64,000 nucleotides of DNA, from NCBI GenBank assembly GCA_002633005.1, contig NMRA01000129.1:836551-900550 (forward strand), read 5' to 3'. Each line of letters opens with the position of its first letter. Position 1 is the first letter of the stretch. This document shows, in pieces, positions 34,905 to 48,100 of the stretch. Under the pieces are notes generated by a model. The model worked only from the letters and a program-made list of their open reading frames with translations, had not been told where the DNA came from and did not search any database. The translations under genes and the position numbers were made by a program. The DNA comes from Phoronis australis (lineage: Eukaryota; Animalia; Phoronida).

Positions 34905-37900
34905 ATGGGTTTTCCCAAGGTTCTCATGACTCAGAAACGTCGCGAAGTTGCGGCCACACTATGCGTGATTTTGTACAACCTAGGGATATTTCCTGCGTTG
35001 ATTGTGGTTGTAGTTGGAGTCTACATAAAAGTCGCCGTCCAGGACAGGATAACATTCTTGGCAGCATACGAGGGAGGCGCTTTTCCCTTCTCAATGGTAG
35101 CCATGGGAGTATTCTCCGTGATGGTGCATATTGTGGGTATCAAACTTTCCAATGACTTTAAAACGGTTGCAACACGCACCAAAATATATCACTTTCTTTT
35201 CCCTTTCACCATAGTATACAGTCTCGTTTATTTCTTCGTTTTCGTATCGGGAGTTTTCAGTTTCTACGAGCTGACAAAGATTTCCACCGAGATAGAAGAA
35301 GGTTTGCAGTACGTGATGAGAAGCTACCAGACAGATGGCCAATTAAAACAAGAGATGGATATTGTACAGACTGACTTCTCCTGCTGCGGAGTCGAAGGAT
35401 ACATGGACTGGTTTGAAATAGAATGGATACACCATGACTACAGACTTAACGAGCATTTACCTAAAAGGTGAGGATGACTGGCTATGTACCACTTGTTGAT
35501 TCTTTTTGAGACATCAAACCAGGGACAGAAACTTTTCCAGTCTTTTAGCGAAAGTACCAGTCTGTCGCTAATCTGATTTAAGGGACCAAAGGGTCCGCCA
35601 CCCCTCTAGAAACCATACGCCGCTTTGAGGTTACGAGAAAATGTTATGCTGCCTTCGAAAATCTTGGTCGGGACTTCCTTACGCCATTTAGATCATCCAG
35701 TAAGAGATGGATCATGTTCACTAATTCAGCTCTATTTCTTTCTCGGTAGCAGGATTTAATGAATTTTGCCTTGGACGGACGAAGGAGAGGAATCAGCGTT
35801 GTCACGCATTTTTTGGTTCCATGTAAAGTGTGTACTAAGGCTGGGCTGTATGTGATTAAAGGAGTGCCCCGTGCTCATGTATGCCCATGACCCAAGCAAC
35901 CTGCGCGCTCCGACCACATTCTGGTTTTCTTTGGTTATTGCAGTGTGCAAACGAAGAAGGCACTGTTGACCGATAGCGTGCCGTTCAGTTGTTGTAACCC
36001 TATGTCTCTGCGACCATGCGTTCACAACCATGTACTTGACAACACGAGGCATTACGCGTATGACTACAGGCTTCACACCACGCTACACGCGTTTGGCTGC
36101 AAACAACAGCTGATGACATATTTTGGAAGCGCGTTGGTCAAATATGTTGGGTTAGCCAATATGATTTTATCCTTTTTCCAGGTGCGTAGAATTGCGCTGT
36201 GTTCCGTAGACACAAGACTACCCAAAAACGTGAAAATGAATCTTTTTCGGGTTAAGTTGGGACCTTAACATAATGGCAGTCACTTGAGTTATTGGTCGGT
36301 GATGTATGAATATTGAATTACAGGGCAGAATTCACTGTTCTCGTTTCGTAAGGCAAGACTTTTCGCCGCAAGTGCTTCGCCGTGAGAGTCTGGGGTCTAC
36401 GGAACGCATCCGGATTTGTCATTCACGATGGAGAGAGAAACATTCATCTCCTACGTCATTCTTCCTCGTGACGCGTGTAGTGCACAGACAAATAATTACT
36501 GAGGCACTTGCGTATCTAAAATGCTTATATCCTCGTGATACTCTTTGCTGGTGAAAATGGAAAACAAATGATTCATTTTTTCTTAATGATATTCAGTTTC
36601 CAAAACACAAACTATAAACTACGTCAGCCAACCATATTAACTAATTCTGAAATATTTCCAAATTATGTCAAATACGTTTTCCATCCCTTGACAGATTATT
36701 TGGTTTGTTCGCCCACCTTTTTTACAAAACTGGACCGCTTCATACACATCACATACGATCTTTCGTCTCCTTTTAATGATTAAAATCAATTACTGTTATG
36801 CCCAGAGAATAGTTTGCTATCGAGTTTTTTTATCATTTTTCTTTTATTTTCTTAATTTGAATAACCAATAGTCTGAGTTTCCCCCACCATACTTAACAAT
36901 TGTTCTTAACAATCGTTTAGTAGAAGATTCATTGTGAATATAAAATGGAACAGGGTTCTACATAAAAACAAAAAAAGACTTGTAAAAATAGTTACTTTGG
37001 CAGGTATGTTTAACAATCATTTAAAAGTGTTAGGGAATTGTGTAAAATTAACTGTAGATCTGAGAAAACAAGTATTATTTAAGTAGAAGGTATTGTCTGA
37101 CTCATTGTAATATTTTAAAGTGACATAAGTCCATGTGATTGGGGATATTCACGTACAGTTATTCGTCTTTACTTGTGAATCCATGTCAGTACATACAATA
37201 TTAATTTATGTGTAAAATACAAGAAAGTGTTCTGTACTTTTCTGATTAAAGGAGAGGGAGGGAGAGAGAGAGAGAGGGAGGGAGAGAGAGAGGGGGAGAG
37301 AGAAGGGGAGAGACGGGGTCAGAGCACAAAAAATCTACCTCTAATAGAGCATTCATCATTGACCATCTTGTCTAATTCCAAATTCTGTGAATAAATACAT
37401 TTTTCGCAGCAACAACATAGTTCTATTTCCTTTTTAACAAAAATAAATTGTGAGGACCACCTTTGAGACGTTGCTTATACAAATTTGATTTCCACAAATT
37501 TCGTTAAAAACACGACTAGACTTTTTGTTTGCAAGATTGATACTGGTACGCTCGTAGTTTCGGAATAGTCTCCTTTCTTCAGAATGCAGGTATGTAGTAA
37601 ATGAGACTGTTCCTACGAGCGTACCAGTATCAAGCGTGCAAACGAAAAATCTAGTCGTGTTTTTAACGAAGTTTGTGTAAACGAAGGGCTTCTACCGAAC
37701 TATATCAAATGTAATTTCCAAAGACCAACTAAAACTGTCCCTAGGAGTCAATAAGTTATATACTTCTCAAAAAGTTGCCGACCATGTTTCAGTCGAATGT
37801 CTACAGACAAAGCCGATTATTGGCGATGTGGAGTATTGGGTAGCTATAATCTCAATAACACAACCCATTTTGTTTTATGAGTCTGGTCAGAGACTATAAC

Positions 37901-40531
37901 TTCGAGAAGTCCACCTTACCCAACAATAATTTCAAAAAGGCGTTTCTCGGCCGTAAAACCGATAATATCTCTTTAACAGAAATGAAGCAGTCAGCGACTC
38001 CCGTCGGGACTGAACAACAATACGGCTTAGCTACAATAAACCGACCCCACATATGAGCCGCATACGAAGTTAACCAAGCTCTACATGTTCACTTCAAGTA
38101 GTAGTGCCTAAGCAATCCGAGATGAGCTGACTTGTTTCTTTGTAAGCCCATGGCAATCTCCTTGTTTCTTGAGGTGTCCTATTCGTTGGTAGCCAAAGAA
38201 ATATTCCTTTTTTTCTTCTGATCCAGTAATTGATAGCGTTTCAGAATTTTTTAGCAGCATAACGCCGCCAAAATAAATGAAGCAAAGTCTTAGGTTTTCA
38301 CATACAGAAAGTGCCCAAGGGGAGTTACTAACGCCAGCTTTAACAAGATAAGAGTTACAACTGATTATTCTATGCTACAGTCTAAATTGAAATCATCGAA
38401 GCTTTATATTAAGACTAAAGTTCACCTAATAGGCATTTTCCACCATGAGTAACAAGCATAAGAGGCTGTGTTTGTCATTTCATTTCTGACTTGGACCCCT
38501 GTATATTTATGAAGAAAGAAACTGTTGTGCAGATGCTTTATCCCCCAATGATCTGCAAGTAATGCTTTTGTAAAAATTGTCTTAATAGGTGCGCAGAAGG
38601 AAGGAAATTTTTCTATTGATGGCGAACACCATACAGCTCCTCTGAGCCACAAAATAAAAAATGGTCAAAAATTGGACTTTTCAGAAAAACCATCAAAAGA
38701 TAACCATATGTTTTTTTCTTGCAAGTTGTTATGCAAATTATGTCGTTTCAGCTGACAACCCTGATATTTACAAGACTGCTACAGACTTCTGTAGATTCTC
38801 TGCACGACAACGGTAAATTAGATAGTGACGATAATTTGGGATGGCTACTTGGTGCAGGTACGTGAGTTCGGTACAACCTCTGGAAATCGTGCACTTTAAG
38901 GTGATACGCTGAATGTCTAATTCGTTGCTTCGCCTTTCTGCATCAACCTCTGTGTCGGCTCAATACATCTTTAAAACTTTCCTAGAACAGAGTTTCGTTG
39001 AAGTATTGGCCTATCCAAGTCTCAGTTCGAGTTGATAGCGCGAAAGGGTTTTACACGTATTTAGCACGTTAAAGTGGCGCTAAACAGTTTCTGATTTTGG
39101 CCTTTGTATTCTAAATCAAACATTTGCATTTTCCATTCTAATTTTGTGTGAACTTCAGATAAGTGTTTATTATTACGTCATCAAGTACATTAAGGTTTAT
39201 GCTGGTGACCTTTTCAGTCCAAGTTCGCACTTGATGACCGCATCATTAAAGATGTAAGTTCGAGTCTGAACTCGAAATCTTGAGTTTTTAGTTACCTAAA
39301 GTCTCGAGTTTTTGCTTGAGTTTGTAGCTCGAATTAAGGGGTCAGTAAGTGCAAATTTGCAATAAGAACTCATCAGCGTTAATCATAACGTATTCGAGCA
39401 CAGAATAATGAACACAGTACCTTGATTTTTCGCAAACGTAGAACGGAAATGCCAAAAATAATTTCGAATTGATTTTGTGTAAAAAGTTGAGATAACCCGA
39501 GCGGCCCCAGGTCTTGGCAGCTCCAATACTCTATTCCACAGCGTGTACGTAACCTGAAAATATGAACAATATACTGGAAAAAGACTTCAAAAACTTTTCA
39601 CAAAGTGCATTGAAACTGAGTCAAAGTCAATTTTCGTCCTAACGATAACCGGAAATACAACAGTTTTCACCCCAAAGACACCATTTGCATGGAATTGCTA
39701 CTTAGAGACATATCATTCATTCTCTCCAGATTGCAGAAAATAGGAGAAAAGTGCATGTTGACTAACTAGACTTTATGCAAATCAAAAGTTTTGAAGGGTA
39801 CCTGAATTTCCTGCTAACTTTCAACGTCCCGCTTCTACACTGTAAATGTTTAAAATTATACCAAACCCAGTTTTGATGATTTCAACCATTAACCTCGTGA
39901 CATTGAGATAAACCTAATAGTTTAATGCGTTATCCTTTATTTTTCAGATGACCATATAGACCTTCAAAAGAAAGCCGAGTCCTATGAGGCGCTTGATGAA
40001 TGGCCGCCCGAGGGTGGGGACGCGGAGTGGGGCCCGTACGAAGGTGACGACAACTGGGGCCCGTTGGATGAGAGTTCACCCATGTCGAATGTGAGCAAGA
40101 ATACGAAACTTAGCAAGAGTGCACCTGAACCGCTAGCGAAATCTATTCCCCCTAGCACGAACGTCAAGCCTCCAACCCGTTCATCTGTAGTTCCACCACC
40201 GGCAACACCGGCACCACCGGCGCCGGCAGGACCACCCGCGTCACCACCTCCGCTAGTTGACACGACCCCAGACAAGGCTGACGACATTCCACAAAACTTG
40301 GACTCGCTAGCAAAGAAATCTATCAAAGAAAAATCACTGCCCCTCCCTCCATCGCCCGAGCCCAAAAATGTTTCATTCCAAGGTCTTCGCAATTCAGCCG
40401 AGCAGTCGAAATCCGACGCGTTATCGGCTGTATATAATCCGTATGCTAACATGGTATTCCCAAAGCCTCAAGAGAACACGAGTGCCAATAGCAATACACC
40501 TCAATTCATTCGAATGAAAGGAGGGCAATAG
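34905..40531 (+). CDS. Peripherin-2/ROM1 (RDS)-family tetraspanin, 496 aa: join(34905-35467,35944-36181,38752-38857,39948-40531)
   Basis: Four hydrophobic segments. EC2 motifs DIVQTDFSCCGVEGYMDWFEIEWI and DSVPFSCCNPMSLRPC...HYAYDY...TLHAFGC, and post-TM4 RLLQTS...GWLL, all characteristic of PRPH2/ROM1. The exons splice in frame (1491 nt). AATAAA at 40691. Confidence 0.9.
37250..37315. repeat. Purine-rich (GA/GGGA) microsatellite
   Basis: Tract ggagagggagggagagagagagagagg... Confidence 0.9.
37493..37677. repeat. Foldback/hairpin MITE-like element in tetraspanin intron 2
   Basis: ~60-bp arms ttcgttaaaaacacgactaga...gatactggtacgctcgtag / ctacgagcgtaccagtatc...tctagtcgtgtttttaacgaa. Confidence 0.8.
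39135..39245 (+). repeat. Dispersed repeat, with a second copy at ~42070-42165
   Basis: Both copies share gaactt(c/a)agataagtgt(t/c)tattatt...gttcgcacttgatga. Confidence 0.55.
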
Positions 40532-41754
40532 AAGCGATCGATAATTGTCCTTCGCTAAACAATAGATTTGAAAAAGTCTCATTTATATTGACGCTGGCTG
40601 AAGCTAATCAATAATGTCCGGAAATATTTTTCACCAGTACTTAAACTGCCTCATCAGTGGAGCTGCTTGTGAAATCTTCTAAGTATTGTAAATAAACATT
40701 CAAACATTCAACGGTTTAGGTCGTACAGACGTGAGGTATAAACTTTTCCTGAAATCAAATCTGCGAGGGCTATTTACAATGAAATGTATTAACGAGTTTT
40801 TAGATACATGGTACGATGTGTATAGAGTTTGGTAACATCCGGACATCCGTCAAATGATGACAAATAGTAAAACTGGGAATAATTGAGGGATGTTTCCATG
40901 GTAATTCAATTATAACTCATCAACAGAAGTTGCTACCCAATGAATGCAAAGTCGTGTAGTCCACGTTTTATCTTTCTCCAAATTTATGAGACACTGTGTA
41001 GACAGGTTTATTCATTCTTGTTATTTGTTTCTCGAATTTTTTCATTTCTCATTTGTGTTCGTGACAACAGGACGTTGCTAAGTAACAGAACACGGTCGAA
41101 TAAGCTGTGGTACGATAACCTCTTCAATGCATGGATAGCAGTTACGCTTAGTTAATCCTTTTCGTTTTGCTAGATTTGTATTTTTCAAACTGCTCAGTAG
41201 GTTCGCTAGCGACCAGTAATGGGATTTTGTCTTTCACCTTGACTGAACTGACTGACATGTAAGTAAGCGCCCTCTTCTAAGAGTATGAGTGGTTGTCTGG
41301 GTGAAATGTGTTCAGGTGAAGAATGCTGTAAACACGCGACGATGTAGTATTAATGACATTTTCATGTAGGTATATGATCTCATACTTATAACTACAAGCG
41401 TATTTTTGAGCTGCTTTACCAAATGACCAAAGTTACAAAGACTATTACAAAGATTATTGCCACGCTTATCCATTTCCTTACCTTGGATCAGTGGACATAA
41501 CCGAGGCCGAAATAAGCAAGTAAGTAATTAGGATACAGTCAGTGTAGTCCAAAATTCTCAAATAGAAGTTTTATACTTGTCAATTGGCATGGAAGGATTT
41601 GTAAAGGAAGGACTTGTGAGAGAGATTACATAATTTGATTAAATTGTTAACACGGCTGTAAACCCAAGTTTTGTTCAAGATGCGAACTTTTCTTTAAACA
41701 ACTCACTGCTGTTAAATTGTTGAGACAATTGCGTTTAAAACGACACGATGTTTC

Positions 41755-41985
41755 ATGAAAAGTGGCTTGTGAGACTTCAGTCAGAAAATTTGACTTACAC
41801 TCCCATTTCACAATTGATAACACATCACGTAACAATGTAGAAATTATTTTACGAAAATTATCTGAGTACTATCAGTAATTGATATAGTTTTGTAAACTAT
41901 GTACTTTTACAGAGATGAAGTTTTTTCAGAATTGTGTGGAGCACCAAGACGAAATTTCTGACTGAAATCTTAAAGCACTTTTCAC
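41755..41985. repeat. Short inverted-repeat element
   Basis: gaaaagtg...ttcagtcagaaaattt versus aaatttctgactgaaa...cacttttc. Confidence 0.45.
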
Positions 41986-44115
41986 ATGATGAAACGGACC
42001 CCAGGGTCCGGGGTCTAATGTTTGTACTCAAACGTGAACTCGAAATTATTATGCGACATCTTCCATCCTACTTTTGTTTGAACTTAAGATAAGTGTCTAT
42101 TATTCTGGCTCGAGTACTCCTGGTTTAAGCATATGAATTTCTTATCCATGTTCGCACTTGATGATCCCTAGATTCGAGCTGCAAATTCGAGTTTATCGAC
42201 ATTTCGTATAAAGATTCAAAATTCCGAGTTCAGACTCGAAGTTAAAAGGTACATGGAACGCGAAAGCTCGTCGAAAAATCTATTAAACGATTCTTGACGA
42301 AAGTACCATCTCGCAAAGTCTAGTACAGAGTAATTCACTTTCCTATGTGAGCAAATTTCTAGAAAAAATCACAATTTTCACGATTTTTGAAATACGCGCA
42401 AAGGAAAACTCTGTGGTTGCCACAAAGTTTCTAATCTCCCTCCCACTTATGATAAATGCGCGCATGCGCTTACAGTCAGGTGCTTGAAGTCGCTTGAGGT
42501 CAGAGGTTACATTTTCCATATAATGGAAATGTGCTACGTCTATGTCTTGCCATACCAAATAAGGAGAGGACATGCTTTTGCCTTGTGGGAGAAAAATCGA
42601 CGAAGTGGCGGGCAATTGGCAGATCGCTTTTTGGAAATTTGAAACTGAAAGAAAATGCGTTGATATCAACAGAAATTAAAGATCTTTATGAACACACGAT
42701 AAAATACCTGGTGAGTAGGTTGGATTCTGTTTCTGTGGCAGAGAACCACTTTCAATATTGCAATTAAGTCTGTTTATTGCTTTCCAGACCTCGTAAGCCT
42801 AATGCTGGGGCCATCACGTACAAACTAGGATTAGGCAGTTATTCACGCAAGCCATTATGAGTATAGAATAGTAGACATGTCTTGATTTCTCCTGAACGTA
42901 GAATAGAAAATGTCAAAAATAATTCAAGTTCAATTTCGAGCAAAAAGATTAGACTACGAGCTCATGTCTCAAGAAGTAATAATATCACCTGCAATAAAAC
43001 TCTTTTGAGACCAATTTCATAATGGTAAATGAAACAATGGTATTAGGGATGGAAGTGGGTTTTCACAGTAACAGCTATTATCAGTGACGTTTAGTTGGAG
43101 ACATACATGGAACTATGTACAACACAGTTTCAAATGCAGTTAGCTGGTTTTCGACCGACATAAAGACATTTTAAATAATATTTTGAAAACGTTTTTAAAC
43201 TTCCTGTTTCATTGTCAATATAACGGCTCTTTAACTAGTTCGGTGGAGTACAAGCTCCTTCACATTTACAAATTTAGGTATCGACCTGTAGCTGGTGAAC
43301 ATTTTCATGTGCGACTTGCAGTTACCCAGGAGTAGTCGCCTCGATTTTAAGAGGGTGGGCGTTGGTGAAAATATGAAATACCTATTGTATGTCGTATGCT
43401 TGTATTTGCCTCCTCGGCGCCAACTGTAAGTCCGTCTGGCAAAGCAAGTGATTTTTGCTGAAAATACGAACCTGTCCTGTTAAGCAGTGCATCCGTGAAT
43501 GCCGGCGCAGATCCGAAGGCAGTATCGGCGCCAAATCCCAAACGCAAAGTTGTACTTGTGTATTATTATAAATTGTGTCCCCTCATCCGGCCGGATTCGC
43601 GTTTAGAGTGGTACCACCTCTCACTACACTGATCATGTTCAGAACGGTCAATCATTAGATTATCAAAAGCTCAGGTCATGTGAGCGTTACAGAAAGGTAA
43701 AATAACGTTTTGTGCTGGAATAATAGCGCAGTTATTGCAACTGGGTTCCCAACTCGAGTTTAAAGCACAAACGTCGTTTTTCATACAATATGATATTTTC
43801 CTTTAGACAAACATAAATAAGTGCGTAATTTATTTCTTTCTTCCGTTCTTGCTACCAGCTTGATATATTGCTGTTAGTAAAAGGCCTACTATTTTATTAA
43901 CAAAGCCTCCGAAATTGCTAAAATGTCTGACTGACATTGATCGAAATCTTAAGATTCCACATTTTATCGTGTTTAGGTATTGACCTTTGCCAGTAAAAGA
44001 GAAAGGTAAACCATGGCTTTAGACGATGATGTTGGCTGCAGAGGGGAAAGTCCAATTTAGACTCGCTTCAGACCCGACGGCTATCAATCAGTCTCGCGAG
44101 AGTGACTTGCATTTG

Positions 44116-44310
44116 AAGGCGAAAACTCTTCTCAGTTTCGTTAATCTAGTTTCTCTCCGGCGATATCATCGCAGTGTTGGATGAATGTGTCCCGTAAAAG
44201 CGCTTCTTAGATTGTAAGAAAATTTTGTAACCTGTTAGAAATCATAATCACTGTCGTCTGCGGTCACTGATTACGACAAAACACTGGAACAGCGAAAACT
44301 TGAAGCGTTT
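44116..44310 (+). pseudogene. Decayed FAM181 N-terminal coding block directly upstream of the intact ORF
   Basis: Reads KAKTLLSFVNLV /frameshift/ SGDIIAVLDECVP*KRFLDCKKF ... LKRF, aligning to the recalled FAM181A N-terminus [41 protein letters not shown]. Confidence 0.65.
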
Positions 44311-44317
44311 CCCGCCA

Positions 44318-45154
44318 ATGTACGGCAAATTGATGGATGCAACAAAAGATAAAGCTTGTACAAAGTGTGAACTCGTGGAGGAAGGTGAAAATTTAAATAA
44401 AGCGCAATCAGAGGAAACAAAACCTGCGTTGGGGAGACCAAAATGCCAGCCATTTGACCCGAATTTCAACGGAACGGAATTTGATAAAGATGAGGACGCG
44501 AAAGGAAATTTAGAAGTGGAAGAGAAAACAAGCGAGTGCAGCGATAGATGGAAAAGTGCTGATTTCGGAAACGAAACCGAGACCAATGAAAGTCATGACC
44601 AGTTGTGCACACCTAAGCACCACGCACAGAATAAAAGTATAGAAGTCCCTGTGCCTTTAAGACGCCGCCAGTTACCAGCTTCGTTTTGGGAGGAACCAAA
44701 TATTCCAAAAAGCGCAATAAATATTAATTCGCAAGTTTTATGGTATCCTCCTCCGAGCGATGACACAAAAGGAATTGATTGTAGTGTCACATGGAATAAA
44801 GCTTACAGACAAGTACCTTCCAGATTTATTTCCTACGCCATGCACGATATTCCATGTGCAGCACGTGCATGGGAAGTCCAAGACGAAGCAATCGCCAGAA
44901 GCGTGTTTCATCCGTGGAATTTTAATTTTGACCACTATGGAATTAATCATGATGACAGTTGGTCAACAACGTTCACTGATGTCAATTTTCCCTTTCAAGG
45001 CACAACCAATATTTGGGCACCTTGGAAAGTAACGCGTCCTCACATTGGAACATTTGATCGAATGAGCAGCAACACGTGCCATCAAAATCTTTGGAAGCCC
45101 ATTCCCAAAAAATCAAGCGTTTACCCATCAAGATATCACCCGTTTCCTCACTGA
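44318..45154 (+). CDS. FAM181: FAM181-family protein (TEAD-binding omega-loop motif), single long ORF; start uncertain (frame open from 44231, first ATG 44318)
   Basis: The motif VPVPLRRRQLPASFWEEP matches the FAM181/YAP-type omega loop (P-x-R-x-R-x-L-P-x-S-F-W-x-E-P). C-terminal LWKPIPKK and RYHPF. AATAAA at 45414. Confidence 0.8.
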   Translation: MYGKLMDATKDKACTKCELVEEGENLNKAQSEETKPALGRPKCQPFDPNFNGTEFDKDEDAKGNLEVEEKTSECSDRWKSADFGNETETNESHDQLCTPKHHAQNKSIEVPVPLRRRQLPASFWEEPNIPKSAININSQVLWYPPPSDDTKGIDCSVTWNKAYRQVPSRFISYAMHDIPCAARAWEVQDEAIARSVFHPWNFNFDHYGINHDDSWSTTFTDVNFPFQGTTNIWAPWKVTRPHIGTFDRMSSNTCHQNLWKPIPKKSSVYPSRYHPFPH

Positions 45155-48100
45155 CGTGTCAGTTTGTCGTGTATGGATACTATAACTGTTTCAACAGAGT
45201 CATATGAAGCATAACTTTCCACGTTTTGGTGCTTCGCTCTATGTTCTACAACTTGGTGGTTATTTTTGGATCTAATAGTACTTTTTCGATAGTTCCAAAG
45301 TAAGTAGACATAATTAGCAACATGACAATATCCGTTGCAAATGAATTTACCTAATTTTGCTTTTCGTTTTCTCTTGAGCTTTTTTCACTGTAATCTATGT
45401 CCACGATTTGCCCAATAAATTGTTTCGGTAATTTTTGATTTTTCGTTATATTTTTAATGCAGTTTAAATATGGAAAGACAACAACATTGCCATTGAAATC
45501 AAATTTTGACGTTTAATAGAACATCACACGTTTGTGAATGACACACTATGGCATGATAATAAAGAACAATAATGGTTTATGAAATGTTTGACCTCGCTAT
45601 TACCCTGTTTATGTGCGACCATAGTTAAAAGTGCCTTACAAAACGAAGAATTCAAACTTACAAGAATAAAAATATCAATATCCTTATACGATTATATAAA
45701 ACAATGGAAAACGGTTTTGTAAATTACCGACAGATCAAATGTAATCAATTTCCAGCAACTTGTTTAAATTTTAGATTTTTTGTAATGTCTCATATTGGTG
45801 TGACCACTCTACATATTGAGTGTTGCGCAAGACGTGAGAATTTTACGTTTTGCGAAAAAGTACTCTGACCAGTATTTTTCAATGGCCTACATTTAATTTA
45901 AAATCGAAGAGTGCTGTCGTAATTGGTAATACAGGATTTTGTGAAAATGTCGTTGTTTTGGACGGCTTAGTAAAATCAGACCACCATAGCTTTAGCGACT
46001 TTTTTGAAAAATGATTTTATTTGCTCAGACGTGAGCTTTTTTGTTTGCAGTTTGTAATGGAAACCAGAAATGTCAGAATCGTGATACAGGGAAATAACAG
46101 GTAAACAACATATGGGAAAAGATTCACACAGTTAAAACATGGTACCTGGTCTATATGCCATGTAATGTAAACAATCACCCCAAATTTGTTGGAATTTTAG
46201 CTCCTCGCCAACAAGATATAAACAAATGAATTCCAGTCGTAACTTTGATAAGACGAAAGCCCCACAGTTTTGATACATTATCTCTGTTCAATTTTAGTAG
46301 CTGAATGTGTGGGGATTTTTGCATTCTTTTCAATATCGAAAAATGACTATTAGCAACTCTGAACAGCTATTTACGCTTTCGCTAATTATGCCGAAAATGT
46401 CGGTCTGTTTATGTTTTTTGAAAGTTGCAGCTATGGGTTTTTATGCAGTTATTCCGCTGAAATCAAATGACGTGACGCGGTTGTTAAACACTAATGATTA
46501 TTTTGTAAAACATGTGCACGTCATAACAAGCAACTTTTTAAGACTACTGTTAAAAGTTGCAAAACCGATGAAGCAATGCTTGAAAAAATATTTAGATGGG
46601 CGCACTTTTCCCCAACAAGCTTACATCCTAGTATTAACAAGCCGTTTTGAATGTATCTTCTGCTGAAACTGTAAACCAACCATCCAACTGTTAAGAACAT
46701 TCAAGATGCATATACCTGTTTTTAGCAAAAATGAACGTTATCAGACATTTACACTGCATAGTTTTGCTCGTCTTCTACGGCTTTTTGGAAATGGTATATT
46801 TTCTTTTTTGCACATCAAAAATCTTACGTTTCACGGAGTGAAAAGGCATACATTTGGCACCGTTATAAACTCACGTTCCGTCAAAAACTAATTTTTGATT
46901 TAGGGTACGTGCTATCATAAATCAGGTTTTTTAAAACAATTTAAAAGTTGTTCCTTTCACAAGCAAGATCAGAGGATTACACAGGATTTCCGACAGGCTT
47001 GGGAGCAACCGATATTCCTATTTCTTTAGACCAAGCTTGATAATGGCGGTTCAATCTATGCGACGAACATGGTCTATAACGAACTGTCCGGTCTTCTCTA
47101 CACCGGAAACCAATTTTATGGTGAAAAGTTTGTTCTCAGACAGACGAAGACGGGTTCATAGCCTCTTTAAAAGTAACGTTTACAAAGGATCCCAAATCAT
47201 CAATGAAGTGAGTCACACGGCATCCGTGCTGCCTGAATAGCTCATAAACAACGAAAACATAACCCGTGATGTGCTGCATGTGTAGCTGGTACGTGGAAAA
47301 TAAACAGTATTGAGAGACACACCTGTATTCAACTCTGTCAACTCAGCTCTCCAGTATAGTCACCCTCTTGGCTCGTTACCACAAGTTTTGTAGTTTCATC
47401 ACCCTCGCCGCCACAAAGTTTACAATCAATTCTCCACTCGACTGCTATTTAGGTTTTGCCAAGTATTCCAATTCTTTCCGACAGCCATATGTTGGACGTG
47501 GTTTCCTTTCCCGAAGTGAATCAAAAAAGATTTAATGGAATCAAAAACTTCAAAGAAATAAAATTCTATCCACAACAACCAGTGATCAATTTTAAGCGAC
47601 AGACCCATTTCCTTCTTTACTCACTGATATTACCAAACCAATATAAAGTACAATGTAAACTTCTGAAGGTCGTTTTGATTGAGGAGTGAGCGATCTTGGG
47701 GAACTGATAAAAATGAGAGCTACACACGATGGGTAAAGAGCCAATCAAACATTTTTTTTGATTGGACATGAGATAGAATTTCAACACAGTAGCATGAAGA
47801 CATGTAGGTAACAGATCCTTCAGTGAGCGACATTCCCAAGAACAGCATATTGTCCGTACATTTTCGTCAGAGAAATGAACTTCGAAATGTCGCCCGAATA
47901 AACAGTGACGGGGCAGCAAGAAGGTAATTAAGAAGTCAACAATTCCATAGGAATGTCCGCTTGAAGTGCTGATATGCTAAACGAATGCCGCAAATTCCCG
48001 TCTTGTCAAAATGGTTCATTCATTTAGGTATTCCGTAGCGTTTCCGGCCTGAGATGCTATATGTTTGGAGATGCGTGTTGGATCGTTTGATCGCAATTTC

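Noticed and set aside
37775-37810. GAAACATGGTC-like motif on the minus strand as another hammerhead
   Set aside because: There is no upstream CUGAnGA box and no stem I pairing.
39982-40452. 156-aa Gly-rich minus-strand ORF
   Set aside because: It is the antisense shadow of the Pro-rich tetraspanin terminal exon.
47031-47161. Exon-like stretch after a pyrimidine-rich AG (TKLDNGGSIYATNMVYNELSGLLYTGNQFYGEKFVLRQTKTGS*)
   Set aside because: No recognisable homology and no upstream partner exons were found, so it cannot be supported without transcript data.
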